NCBI GenBank assembly: GCA_951406725.2
Contig: OX597827.1
Coordinates: 17,484,001-17,548,000, forward strand
Direction: 5' to 3'
DNA: 64,000 nucleotides
From: Octopus vulgaris
Taxonomy: Eukaryota
In this document: in pieces, positions 26,636 to 39,657 of the stretch
Numbering within the stretch: position 1 is the stretch's first letter
Layout: every line of letters starts with the position of its first letter
Notes under the pieces: generated by a model
The model's input: the letters and a program-made list of their open reading frames with translations, nothing else
What the model was told of the DNA's origin: nothing
Databases searched by the model: none
Position numbers and translations under genes: made by a program

Positions 26636-27050
26636 TGTATGTCATTATTCAGTTTATTCCACGATTTCCTGCCAATAGAGAAAGAACCGGTTTCCAATCC
26701 AGATCCAAGGCCCCTTCATTGGAATTTCAACATCAACAACAGGGAATTTTTGTTTGTTAGTATGTCATTATTAAGCTTATTTGAAGATTTCTTGCCAATA
26801 GTGAAAGAATGGGTTTCTAACCTAGATCGAAGTTTTCTTCATTTCCTTTCCCTCTCGGTTTTAAGTAGGTCGGCAGTGCAATATTCACTATGGAATCAGC
26901 TGATAGCCGGATCCGTCTTACACGCGACAGCAGCTGTTCGACATAAACCCACAGATCAGCAATACTCCGGCACTGGACGAGTGCGTGCAGAACGTTTTCG
27001 TCGTCCTGAACGCACCTCGGGCAAGCCCGGCTGACGGGCACTTCCGTGAA
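26636..27050 (-). mobile_element. 3' fragment of an L1/Tx1-clade LINE
   Basis: CPRCVQDDENVLHALVQC (CCHC knuckle) followed by ADLW. The 3' UTR segment is duplicated and ends in (CATA)-like repeats. A shorter ortholog lies at about 42961-43250. Confidence 0.65.
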
Positions 27051-27300
27051 TACACACACGAACACACACACACACACACACACACATAGAACACATAGTG
27101 AGGGTATATTAATCCGGGCAAAATACTTCATAAGCTCTCTGTTGGTACATCAGGCTAACAATATTGTTTAGATTAGTGAAGAATTCCAGGTAATCATTTT
27201 GTAGGATCCAAAGTTATGGTTCTTCCCAATTCTATATTGTAAGTCCGTGGATGGGCCTCGGATAAACTTTTTCTTCTTTTCTTGATTTTTCTCTATATCT

Positions 27301-27640
27301 TTGAGACCCCCTTCGATCACGACACTGACCATGGGATTGCACCTAGAAAGTTACCCTCCCAGGCACAAGTCTGGGCAAGGTTGTTTATGGACCAGCAGTC
27401 GCCCATGCATACCAGTCTCCCCTCTCCACGCCATATGTGTTATCCAAGGGAAAGGCAAAGGGGCCGATACAGCTTGGCACCTGTGACGTCGCAACTCATT
27501 TCTACAGCTGAGTGAACTGAAGCAACGTGAAATAAAGTGTCTTGCTCAAGAACGCAACACGCAGCCCGGTCCTGGATTCGAGCTCACAACCTCACGTTCG
27601 TGAGCTCGACGCTCTAACTACTGAGCCATGCGCCTTCACT
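27301..27640 (-). mobile_element. tRNA-derived SINE, family E
   Basis: Minus-strand head gtgaaggcgcatggctcagtagttagagcg..ctcgaatcc. Ortholog at 43311-43656. Confidence 0.75.
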
Positions 27641-27667
27641 AAACTTGTTTTTAGAATCGTGGTCATT

Positions 27668-27872
27668 CCACATAATTCCTTTATTATAGTAAATGTGGCT
27701 TACAGCTGTTTCCAGTAGTCATTATAGATAGGTTTACTCCATTGGTCTATTGTTCAACTGCGATAAATTGAAAAGCCGAAGAAATTTAATGATACCTACG
27801 TCAGAAGCTCTGACGAAGGTATCACTGGAAACAGCTGTAAGCCAAATTTACTATCATAAAGAAATTATGTGG
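27668..27872. mobile_element. Fold-back Penelope-like fragment with hammerhead-like core
   Basis: Inverted arms 27668-27716/27824-27872, with gct-CTGACGA..GAAAC-agct-GTA-agc at 27807-27842. Confidence 0.5.
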
Positions 27873-27992
27873 GACGACCATTATTCTATCTTGTCTATTA
27901 TAAAAAACACTCACATACATACACACTCACACACCCACATACACACATACACACACACATACGCACACACACAGGCACACACATATATATAT

Positions 27993-28303
27993 GTGGGGCG
28001 CAATGGCCCAGTGGTTAGGGCAGCGGACTCACGGTCGGAGGACCGCGGTTTCGATTCCCAGGCCGGGCGTTGTGTGTGTTTATTGAGCAAAAACACCTAA
28101 AGCTCTACGAGGTTCCAGCAGAGGGTGGTGGCGACTCCCTGCTGTACTCTTCCGCCGCAACTTTCTCTCACTCTTTCTTCTGTTGGCTTGCTCGCTTAGC
28201 CAGCGGGTTGGCGTCATTTGAAGGCTAAAACAATGCGAAGCGCATTGTGACCAACGATGTGTTGCAACATCTGATAGCCTGGTCGGTCACGTGATCACGT
28301 GAT
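27993..28303 (+). mobile_element. SINE with family B head and a different tail
   Basis: tRNA-like head. Ortholog at 44066-44372. Confidence 0.75.
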
Positions 28304-29883
28304 ATATATATGTATATGTATATATGCGGTCACAGGAGTGTGACGAAAGGACTCTGGCCGAAATAAGATTAAGATTAATGTAAAAAATAAATAACACTGA
28401 AACAAAATAACACCAAATATATAGTGCGTGTGTTTTTATTGGCTAAACTGGCAATATGACCATTCCGAAATATAACAATATAATATATATATATATATAT
28501 ATACTCGTATGATGAGTCACTCCGTTATTCGATACTCCCATAAGTATGAACATATCTACATATATACATTTAGACATACATGATTTCAACTGAGGAAAAG
28601 AGAAAGCAACTCAAGTCTGTGTGCGAGTTTGAGTGTTTGTGTGATTGTATGTGTGTATGAGTGCGTGTGTATATGTATATATGTATATAAATTTAGATTC
28701 AGATGAATATGGTGCTTAAGTTAAATGCACCAAAATTTTGTATGGTATTATCCATATAAATTCATGGGGTGATTATAGTCAAAATAAGCAACAAGTATAT
28801 CTGAGGTATTACCTCGGTTATACTTGCTGCTTATTTTGGATATTCATATATATATATATATATATCCAAAATAAGAGGACCAAATATCGTTAAGCATTTT
28901 GCCCGGTGTACTAACGATCCTACCAATTTGCTGTCTTAATAAAACTTAAATATATCCTAATATATAAACTGGTACTTTGTCATTTACTAGGGCAATCAAC
29001 GGAATAACTTGCTCGAAAAAAAATTAACTTGCAAGTGGCTGATAATTCTACAGATACGCGTTCCATTCACATAGTTCTCAGGGAGATTCAGCATGACACT
29101 GACATACTGACAAGGCTGGCCCTTTGAAATACAGATACGACTGGATTTTACCAGCTGAGTGGTCTGAAGCAACGTGAAATAGGGTGTCTTACGCCAGGAT
29201 ACAACGCGCTGTTGGGAGTCGAACTCGTGATCTTGTGACCGTGAATCGGCTATTCTTACCTCTTAACATCGCGTCTTCACTGTATTGTCTACGCTATTCA
29301 TATACATGTCACCAGCCTCTCCTAGTCATATCTTTCAGCTCGTTTCTTTTTAAGGTGTCCTTCATATGCGTGCGTGTATGTATGTGTGCGTGTGCGTGTG
29401 GGTGTGCGTGTGTCTGGGTGTGTGTGCATGTGTGTGTGTGTGCGTGTTTGTGCGTGTTTGTGTGTGTGTGTATGTGCGTGTATGTGTGTCCGTGTGTGTG
29501 TGTGTGTGTGTGTGCGTATGTGTGTGTGTGTGTGTGTGCGCGCGTGTGCGCGTGTGTGTGTGTGTGCTTTAAAAATGTATTTTTCTTTATTTCAATAATT
29601 TGCAGGTGAAAAAGTGAGTCGATATCATCGACCACAAAATTTGATTTTCTTTATTTTATCGAACCAGAGATGTCGAAAGGAATTTGCGTAGGCGTCTGAG
29701 CAGTTATCACCTTGACAACTTTTTCTGTCCTGGTCAAGACGACGATCACACGCTACACACCTTCCTTCTAAGCGCTGCCTTAAACGGCAGCAATTTGAAA
29801 TCAATTTGAACTCGGTGCAATTTGAACTGAAAATCTAAAGATTCGGAATAAATATCCTGAAGCAATTTTACGACGCTCTAGTG

Positions 29884-30103
29884 CAGTGCTTTTCAAACTT
29901 TTTGCTGGAGCGGTAACCCCAAGGAAACATTCCACTGGCTCGAGGAACCCCTGTGTAATAATTTAATTGTCTTATGCAAATATATCTGCACAGGAGAATT
30001 AAAAATTACTGCCGATTTTAGCAGTTTTGTAACTTCTTGCGGAAACCCTGGACAGTACTGGCGGAACCCTAATGTTCAGCGGAACCCTCGTTGAAAACCA
30101 CTG
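29884..30103. mobile_element. hAT MITE (ortholog of 9225-9443)
   Basis: Same TIRs and ctctagtg TSD. Confidence 0.85.
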
Positions 30104-30479
30104 CTCTAGTGACTCATTGTGCTTCCTGTCTTCATATACTAGCACTTTGCATGGTGGATTGTATCGTTCATATCGAGTTTTCTCCTAGCACAGCCATTAT
30201 CCAATATTTGAAACCGTATTAAAAATAATAGAAAAATCATAACTAAATAATACTTCCAGATGTTGACACAAGGCCAGCAACTTCGAAGTAGGAGATAAGT
30301 TGATTACATCGACAATAGTACTCAACTGGTTCTTATCTTATTAACCCCGAAAATATGAAAAGTAAAGTCAACCTTGGCGGAATATGAATTCAGAATAGAG
30401 CGACGGCGAAATGGCGCTAAACACTTTACCCTGCGCAAAAACGATTCTGTCAACTCGCCGCCTTATAAATTATTGTATA

Positions 30480-30868
30480 CTAGCAGTATCGCCCGGCGTT
30501 GCTCGGGTTTGTAAGGGAAATAACTATATAAGCATTTTTAGAGAGTTATAGCCAAAAAAATCCATTAAAAATGGAAAAAAAAATATGGTAAATTTTTTTT
30601 TAAATCTTTGACTCATCGTAGACATTTTTAGAGAGTTACTTCCCTTATATAATAGCAAAAAAATGCATTAAAATGGGGAAAAAATTATGGTAAATTATTT
30701 TTTAAATCGTAGACTCATCGTAGACGCGCGCTAATACCCAGAAAGGCTCGATATGAATCACGACTATAAGATACCCGGTTTTCGTTAAACTGCACCGCAA
30801 AATGTGGGGGTAGTTAGGAATCTAAATCGTAGGAGACAGGCGCACAACCTTACTTTTATATATAAAGA
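30480..30868 (-). mobile_element. Non-autonomous Helitron, unit-2 specific
   Basis: Minus strand starts TCTTTATATATAAAAG and ends with hairpin cccgagcaacgccggg then CTAG. Inserted between A and T without TSD. Empty site near 9820. Confidence 0.85.
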
Positions 30869-31047
30869 TAATAAAAACAAAGACCATATTTGTTTAACGG
30901 CTTTATTTCATTCCGTGTCTACTTTTTCTTTAAAGATATGTATGTTTATTGATTTTCTTTATATCTTCTTTGTATCCCAAGCACCAGATGAGAGCGACTG
31001 TAGAAACACAGTAGTCTGCGTTAAAGAGAGGTCGCTTCATGTAACGT

Positions 31048-31349
31048 TCAGGAATAAAAGCGATCCATGCTACCACCTAGAAAAGAATTATGGAAGTTTC
31101 CGCCTAACGTCCCTCCATTGGCTTGGGCCAAAGCCACTCTCTGCAACTTCACACTTTCTCCCAGCATTTTATAGGAATTCGCCATCATCATGTACGCTTT
31201 GAATTGAGCGTACATAGATTTAGTCAGCATTTCCTCTAGCATTTTTTTCTTCTGGTCATTTTTCGAATCGGATTTTCCGCCATGTCCGGGATCCATACCG
31301 TTACGCCAAAAAGAATCTGGTCCATCGTTGTTCCATCTTTTGTCACCGT
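31048..31349 (-). CDS. Terminal coding exon C of unit-2 gene
   Basis: Acceptor tttaacAG at 31350-31351. Translates (D)GDKRWNNDGPDSFWRNGMDPGHGGK..KKKMLEEMLTKSMYAQFKAY..SMDRFYS*. AATAAA at 30907-30902. Confidence 0.85.
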
Positions 31350-31407
31350 CTGTTAAATTTTATTGAAAAATACAATTATAATAATAATAATAATAATAAT
31401 AATTATA

Positions 31408-31474
<67 letters not shown>

Positions 31475-31712
31475 TAATAATGTTTTCAAATTTTGGCCAC
31501 AAGGGTTGATTGGGGGAAGGGATTAACTTGATTACATCGATGCTGGTTCGTAACGGTGCTTATTGAATAAGTACCCCGAAAGGATGGAAAGCAAAATCGA
31601 CTTCGGCGGAATTTGAACTCAGAATATGCAGGCGGGCAAAATATCGCTAAGCATTTTGCCCGGTATGCTAACGATCCTACGAATTTGCTGTCTTAATAAC
31701 AACAACAACAAC

Positions 31713-31761
<49 letters not shown>

Positions 31762-31763
<2 letters not shown>

Positions 31764-32279
31764 TGATCTTAACTGATTGGAAGTGTTATCATGTACATTG
31801 TTTTGTCTTGGTATAAAAGATGGGCTACAGCAAATATTCTGCTCAATACCACAGATTTGCTTGTCAGTTGTTTGAAATTAACCAGTTGAGCATGTCCCTT
31901 AGTGGCTGACGATATGTGCATCTCTGATCACGAGCAGAAGTAGTGGGGGAGCATCATAGCCATGTGTTGAGAGGGATTCTTTGGGGGTTGAATAATTCAC
32001 CTCTGGAAACATGGGTGGTTCTTTCAACATCCTTAAACAACCCTTATTCAGGGACCGTTTGAGCGGGATGGGCTACTCAACCTGAAGAAAATTCTAACTG
32101 GGCCCCACCTGCAAGGTCATGTGCTGTTTATCTTGATATGATATCACCATGTCGCGCACATATGGTTGTGATGCATGTGCCTGGTGTACCCTAATCAGAC
32201 GGGTAGTCATGATGGGTATATTGGGCTTGGTATATTTTACCCCAGTGTCACTTTGATGGCATGAACTGCTCTCTTACTC

Positions 32280-32280
<1 letters not shown>
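31762..32280 (-). mobile_element. Family D repeat in (AAT)n
   Basis: Reverse complement of 4503-5005 and 11609-12066. Confidence 0.8.
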
Positions 32281-32349
<69 letters not shown>

Positions 32350-32880
32350 TAATGATAATAATAATAAGGGTGAAAAATTGAATATTAATTTGATTAATAT
32401 CAATTTAAACCAGTGGTCTAGCATATACAAAATTCTGAAAATTCAGAAAAATTATATTACAGACATATAAGAGGAATGGCCTGTAAGTGGACATCCAATA
32501 TGCTAGAAGAAGATCCGCTATGGCCTTATCACTAAGAAAGGAATGTCCTCAAGAAAATTTAGCAAACGCCTTCTAGATTTTCGTATATTTTCTTGAGAAC
32601 ATTCTTTTCTTAGTGGTAAGACCATAGGGGGTCGACGGTCGACTTCTAGCATATGGATGTCCATATAGTGGTCATCCCTCTTATATATATGTATTGGGAG
32701 AATTCACGATAAAACAAAAGACGGATACAGGTGGTATAGAAAACAAATAGATGTATTAGTATAACGCTCAGGAATTGAAAAAGTCTTTAACCTTTCGAGC
32801 CTACGCTCTCCCACAGAAAGAAACAATGAGAGAAACAAAGAGAGAAAAAATTTGTGTAGTGGCTACCGATCTATCATAGC

Positions 32881-32916
<36 letters not shown>

Positions 32917-32930
32917 TTTTATTCTTTTAT

Positions 32931-33127
32931 TCTTTTACTTGTTTCAGTCATTTGACTGCGGCCATGCTGGAGCACCGCCTTTAGTCGAGCAAATAGACCC
33001 CGCGACTTATTCTTTGTAAGCCCAGTACTTATTCTATCGGTCTCTTTTGCCGAACCGCTAAGTGACGGGGACGTAAACACACCAGCATCGGTTGTCAAGC
33101 AATGCTAGGGGGACAAACACAGACATA

Positions 33128-33165
<38 letters not shown>

Positions 33166-33335
33166 CACATATATACGACAGGCTTCTTTCAGTTTCCGTC
33201 TACCAAATCCACTCAAAAGGCATTGGTCGCCCTGGGGCTATAGCAGAAGACACTTGCCCAAGATGCCACGCAGTGGGACTGAACCCGGAAGCATGTGGTT
33301 GGTTAACAAGCTACTTACCACACAGCCACTCCTGC

Positions 33336-33336
<1 letters not shown>
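32931..33336 (-). mobile_element. SINE family A, unit-2-specific insertion in (TA)n
   Basis: Absent at the orthologous 12722-12797. Confidence 0.82.
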
Positions 33337-33382
<46 letters not shown>

Positions 33383-33855
33383 ATATATATATGTATGTAT
33401 ATATATATATATATATACATTATATATAAATGCATGGTTGAAAGGTACAGAAGACAGAAGACAAAGACAGGTGAGGGAAAAATTTGCAGCTAAATCAGTT
33501 TGACTGAAGCGAGAAATGGAAAGGTCTTTGACGCTTCGACGCTGCGCTCTTCAACAGAAAGCGACGAGGGGAAATAGAGAGAAAAAAAACAGCGCAGGGA
33601 GAAAAAATGCGTCGGGCTTAAAGGTTAGGCATGCTGGAATGCTGAACAGAAGACAAAAGAGAGAAAATAGCAAATTTATTAACTTATGAAATGTATACGA
33701 ACTTTGAAAGTTCGAAAAGTTCAGAAGGTACAGAAGTCGTGGTAGATTTGTTTATTTATCAACAACAATATATATATATGTAGATATATGTGCGTGCGTG
33801 TGCGTGTATACATATATATGTTTATATACAGGCATATATATACATATATACGTAT

Positions 33856-33917
<62 letters not shown>

Positions 33918-33989
33918 AAATATATATGTATATATATGTATATTCTATATATATATATTATAAAATATATTTGCATATACATATATATG

Positions 33990-34064
<75 letters not shown>

Positions 34065-34151
34065 CCGTGCTGCATCTCATATATACATACATACATGCAT
34101 GCATACATACATATATACATACATACATACATACATACATACATACATACA

Positions 34152-34183
<32 letters not shown>

Positions 34184-34290
34184 CATATATATATAATATA
34201 TTACATTCTGTGGATTCTCGATAAGAAATATATACATACACACACACACACACATATATATTTATATATATATATACATATACACTTTTA

Positions 34291-34688
34291 CTCGTTTACT
34301 TGTTTCAGTTATTTCACTGCGGCCATGCTGGAGCACTGCCTTTAGTCGAGAAAATCGGCCCCAAGACTTATTCTTTGTAAGCCTAGTACTTATTCCATCG
34401 GTGTCTATTTCCGAACCGCCAAATTACGGGGACGTAAACACACCGGCATCTGTTGTCGAACGATTTTGGGAAGACAAATACAGGCACAAAAGTACATACA
34501 TACATGAAATATATATATGCATATACACGACGGCCTTCTTGCAATTTGCGTCTACCAAATCCACTCTCAAGGCTTTGTCTTGCCCGAGGCTATAGTAGAA
34601 GACACTTGCCCAAGGTTCCACGCAGTGGGACTGAACCCGGAGCCATGTAGTTGGTAAGCAAGCTACTTACCACAAAGCCACTCTTGCG

Positions 34689-34691
<3 letters not shown>
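34291..34691 (-). mobile_element. SINE family A, intact here; only its head survives in unit 1 (18080-18242)
   Basis: Alignment of the two units across the RTE site. Confidence 0.8.
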
Positions 34692-34723
<32 letters not shown>

Positions 34724-34936
34724 TTACTGCCCAGAAGGGGCTAAATATAGAGGGGACAAACAAGGACAGACGAAGGGATTGAGTCGATTATATCGCCCCC
34801 AGCGCTAAACTGGTACTTTATTTATCGACTCCGAAGGGATGAAAGGCAAAGTTGACCTCGGCGGAATTTGAACTCAGAACGTAACGACAGACGAAATACC
34901 ACTAATCATTTCGCCCGGCACGCTAACGTGTCTGCC

Positions 34937-35019
<83 letters not shown>

Positions 35020-35020
35020 T

Positions 35021-35095
<75 letters not shown>

Positions 35096-35107
35096 TACAT
35101 ACATACG

Positions 35108-35140
<33 letters not shown>

Positions 35141-35410
35141 AAATATATATATTATACATTACATTCTGCGGATTCTCGATAAGAAATTTGCTCCACCGTT
35201 TAATCATTTTCATGTAGTTATTGATATATGTGTGTGTATTTGTGTGGGCGCGTGTGTTTGTGTGTGGGTGTTTGTGTCTTTCTGTCTCTTTATCTGCCTG
35301 ACTGTATGAATTATGCATCTAATTCTCTACTTGTGCACTTGTGCATATGTATATATATACATATATATATATATTTGTGTGTGTGTGTGCTTATATATAT
35401 ATATATATAT

Positions 35411-35744
35411 AAAAAGCAATAAAGATTCAAGTTAATTTAAATGAATTTACTTGAATATGGTACCTAATTAGATGCACCAAAAAACTATACTGTTTTAACA
35501 ATACAATAATGTGGGGTGATTATAAGCGAGAAAGAAGCAACAAGAATGGATAGGTTTTTAGTACAATCGTTTCATACAAGGACAGGCTTTATTAAAAGTT
35601 GCAAAATTACAGCATATAAACGTGTCCTGTACTCATCAGCTAAGGACACGTTTATATGCTGTAATTTTTGCAACTTTTAATAAAGCCTGTCCTTGTATGA
35701 AACGATTGTACTAAAAACCTATATTCTTGTTGCTTCTTTCTCGC
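35411..35744 (-). mobile_element. Fold-back Penelope-like element, unit-2 specific
   Basis: About 100-bp inverted arms 35526-35628/35643-35744, inserted in (TA)n. Confidence 0.75.
35558..35643 (-). ncRNA. Type I hammerhead ribozyme motif
   Basis: ttag-CTGATGA-gtacaggaca..tgtccttgtat-GAAAC-gatt-GTA-ctaa: canonical core, stem I ttag/ctaa and about 10-bp stem II. Confidence 0.75.
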
Positions 35745-35882
35745 GTATATATATATATATATATATACGTGTATGTATATAACTATAGATATATATGTAT
35801 GCATGTATGTATGTTTGCAGGTATGTATATGTAAGCATATTGACACATCCTAACGCACATACAAACGGGAAGTATAACTTAC

Positions 35883-35964
35883 CGTAACCCCCTATGAAGT
35901 TGAATGCTTCAGATGTCAGCACAGACGCAGCTAGAAAGCAGAATACAACGCTTAACGAGTTCAT
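35883..35964 (-). CDS. First coding exon (signal peptide) of unit-2 gene
   Basis: ATG at 35964 gives MNSLSVVFCFLAASVLTSEAFNFIGGY plus one G, then GTAAGT. It differs from unit 1 by an in-frame 15 nt. Spliced product is 127 aa. Confidence 0.85.
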
Positions 35965-36001
35965 ACTGAGAGCAGTGTTAATTGTATTCGAACCAATGGA
36001 C

Positions 36002-36051
36002 GAATGATGGATAACGAAGCGATTATAACAGTATTTATAATAGTTACGCAA
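36002..36051 (-). promoter_or_regulatory. Core promoter of unit-2 gene (TATAAATA 36039-36032, Inr-like TCATTC, TTGCGTAA)
   Basis: Same motifs and spacing as 19163-19212. Confidence 0.62.
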
Positions 36052-36978
36052 TAGACCGTCTATTAGATAAAACAATATTAGCAGGTAATTCCTGCTTGAC
36101 AAAATATACATATGATAATATATGCTGAGATTAATGTCGGACAGGTGAGTCAACAAAGTAGATGGTAATTTGTTGGTAATGGAGTATAAACAAACAAGTT
36201 GATAGATCGGTTGGGAGAAGATTTGAAGAAAACAGACGATCAGTTTGTAGTGGGTGGGGATTGAACAAAAACAGACGATAAATAGAAAGGAAAGCGAACG
36301 ACGGGGAAGGAGAGACAAGGACAAGTTTAAGAGTGAAGGAGAGAAAAACTGAGGTTAGGGGACCACGGGAACTAAAGTCTTTTGTAAATAATATCCCATC
36401 ATGTAGTTTAAATTGTAAATACAAAAAAAAACTGTTCACGGCATTTAACGTTATATACACTAATTGATACCTTCGAATAATTTCCTTCTGCTTATTTTTG
36501 TTTCAACTGATAAAATTATTCCTGCGGGACACTACCTATGATTAAGTGTAGTTTTGTTACCTCGTAATGTAGTTGAGAATTTCTCATACTGCAGCATTGT
36601 TTATCGAGCTCTACTGTATTTTGAACATGTGGCACTAGTCTAGAATCTTACAGTGATGTTACAGTTTACTGTATAGAACATTGCTAAAGAGTACGGCACA
36701 TGAATCAATTGCCTGTGGTGTTACACTGTGTACCATTTCATTTTACTATACCCTTCTAGATACTGCATTGCTAATCCCTTGTACATGTGGCATTGTTATA
36801 TTTTGCTACATGTGTGAGGTAAATGATCCACGAGGGTTGCAGTTTGTTGCTGAATGTAGGTCGCAACAACTGAGTCATCTGCAAGTAAGGTGTCGCTGAT
36901 AAGCCCTTTGTAGATTTTGGTTTTTACGTTTTGACATTGAATAAAATTATAAAGTCTGTTTTCGGATCTAATGTACAG

Positions 36979-37018
<40 letters not shown>

Positions 37019-37034
37019 TCTCTCTCTCTCTCTC

Positions 37035-37466
37035 GGTAGTTGCTATGGCGAAAGAAGTAGTGCGGAAGACGAGAGTAAAAGGAATTGCAACAGCCATGTT
37101 TATCTCCAGTCTCGAGCTAATCGACTTTTTCGTTTTCCACATGAAACGGAAAATAAGGCTGGAGAAGAAATGCCTGTCGAATAGTGTGTTTCGTAAAAGA
37201 TCGAAGTCTATAGCGAGTATGTTGCGAGTGAAAGAACCTGTTTAATCAAGAATGTGAAAAAAGAGAAAGCCATGTCTTCAGTGTGAGTATGTGGTTTGTG
37301 GGGTCAACCACGTCTTCCGCTTCATTTTTAGTTATTCACTCATTATCATTTAATTGTATATATTTTAATTGTTTGTTTATTCATACGTTTCGTCTCATTC
37401 GATACCCTGACCCCAACGTTTGTTTTGTCCCCTCTTCTTCTCAACCTTATGGTGAATAAAGAAATA
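37035..37466 (+). mobile_element. 3' fragment of a probable Tx1/L1 LINE inserted in (TC)n, unit-2 specific
   Basis: Flanked on both sides by (CT)n and ends AATAAAGAAATA. Residual ORF VVAMAKEVV..LIDFFVFHMKRKIRLE. Empty site at 20140-20225. Confidence 0.55.
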
Positions 37467-37469
37467 CTC

Positions 37470-37515
<46 letters not shown>

Positions 37516-38118
37516 GCAATGCAAAGACCGTAATGTAGGAGGTCCCGATGAAGGAGCAAGGTTCATGGGTCTGAAGAAGACAAGCACCTTGAAACAGAAC
37601 CCAGAAAACTCTACATGACAAGCGCACCATCGTTAATTATAAAGTGGTGGCTGTCCACCAATTCATCTACTATGAGTTGACCATAAGTAATAACTGTAGA
37701 AACCTCCTCTTGGATATAAAAATCTATAACAGGATTAGGAATTCAACAGCGTTCGTCGGTTTCACTAAGAATGCAAACAGCAAGCTAAAGGTTATAAAAG
37801 ACTAAACAGTAGTGAACAACAACATTACTGTTTGACCACAAGCATCAAACAGTAAGGTGTGGATAACCTACATCAGATAGGAAAGAAGGATTACCTTCTG
37901 AGATTATCTGAGATTATCTTCTCACTGAATAATGAGTATATTTTAGCAAGATAAAATGACCAACCCTATAGCTATGACTCACATTGTCCTCTCCGGCATG
38001 TACACATTTCTTAGAAGTGCAGGCTACTCTGGCTGGGTCACCTCAGGTGTATGGTGGATGTCTGCGTGTCCAAAGACTTCCTCCGTGGAAAATGATAACA
38101 GGGAGAGCATGAAAATAC

Positions 38119-39657
38119 TGGGCAATCGCACTAAGTGAAGAGAGGCTGTTACATCTGACACTAGGCATTGGCACCAAGTGAAGAGAGGCTCTTACAGCTG
38201 ACACTAGGCATTGGCACCAAGCGTAGAGAGGCTCTTACATCTGACACTAGGCATTGGCACCAAGCGTAGAGAGGCTCTTACAGCTGACACTAGGCATTGG
38301 CACCAAGCATAGAGAGGCTCTTACATCTGACACTGGGCGTTGTCACCAAGCGTAGAAAGGCTCTTACATCTGACACCAGGCATTGGCACCAAGCGTAGAG
38401 AGGCTGTTACATCTGACACTGGGCATTGGCACCAAGCATAGAGAGGCTCTTACATCTGACACTAGGCATTGGCACCAAGCGTAGAGAGGCTGTTACATCT
38501 GACACTAGGCATTGGCACCAAGCGTAGAGAGGCTCTTACATCTGACACTAGGCATTGGCACCAAGCGTAGAGAGGCTGTTACATCTGACACTAGGCATTG
38601 GCACCAAGCGTAGAGAGGCTGTTACATCTGACACTAGGCATTGGCACCAAGCGTAGAGAGGCTCTTACATCTGACACTAGGCATTGGCACCAAGCGTAGA
38701 GAGGCTCTTACATCTGACACTAGGCATTGGCACCAAGCGTAGAGAGGCTGTTACATCTGACACTAGGCATTGGCACCAAGCGTAGAGAGGCTGTTACATC
38801 TGACACTAGGCATTGGCACCAAGCGTAGAGAGGCTCTTACATCTGACACTAGGCATTGGCACCAAGCGTAGAGAGGCTCTTACAGCTGACACTAGGCATT
38901 GGCACCAAGCGTAGAGAGGCTGTTACATCTGACACTAGGCATTGGCACCAAGCATAGAGAGGCTGTTACATCTGACACAATGCATTGGCACCAAGCGTAG
39001 AGAGGCTCTTACATCTGACACTAGGCATTGGCACCAAGCGTAGAGAGGCTGTTACATCTGACACTAGGCATTGGCATCAAGCGTAGAGAGGCTGTTACAT
39101 CTGACACTAGGCATTGGCACCAAGCGTAGAGAGGCTCTTACATCTGACACTAGGCATTGGCACCAAGCGTAGAGAGGCTCTTACAGCTGACACTAGGCAT
39201 TGGCACCAAGCGTAGAGAGGCTGTTACATCTGACACTAGGCATTGGCACCAAGCGTAGAGAGGCTGTTACATCTGACACTAGGCATTGGCACCAAGCGTA
39301 GAGAGGCTCTTACATCTGACACTAGGCATTGGCACCAAGCGTAGAGAGGCTCTTACAGCTGACACTAGGCATTGGCACCAAGCGTAGAGAGGCTGTTACA
39401 TCTGGCACTGGGCATTGGCACCAAGCATAGAGAGGCTGTTACATCTGACACTGCATTGGCACCAAGCGTAGAGAGGCTCTTACATCTGACACTAGGCATT
39501 GGCACCAAGCGTAGAGAGGCTGTTACATCTGACACTAGGCATTGGCACCAAGCATAGAGAGGCTGTTACATCTGACACCATGCATTGGCACCAAGCGTAG
39601 AGAGGCTGTTACATCTGACACTAGGCATTGGCACCAAGCGTAGAGAGGCTCTTACAC
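38119..39657. repeat. 43-bp minisatellite, about 36 units
   Basis: Same unit as 21219-21810, expanded. Confidence 0.95.

Noticed and set aside
31048-31349. Reflectin or tachykinin identity for the secreted protein
   Set aside because: It has MD dipeptides and FIGG but lacks the repeated reflectin MD-X5-MD motif and the FxGLM-amide motif, and it has a signal peptide.
38119-39657. CRISPR-like array
   Set aside because: Units are contiguous 43-bp repeats without unique spacers, there are no cas genes, and the context is eukaryotic.
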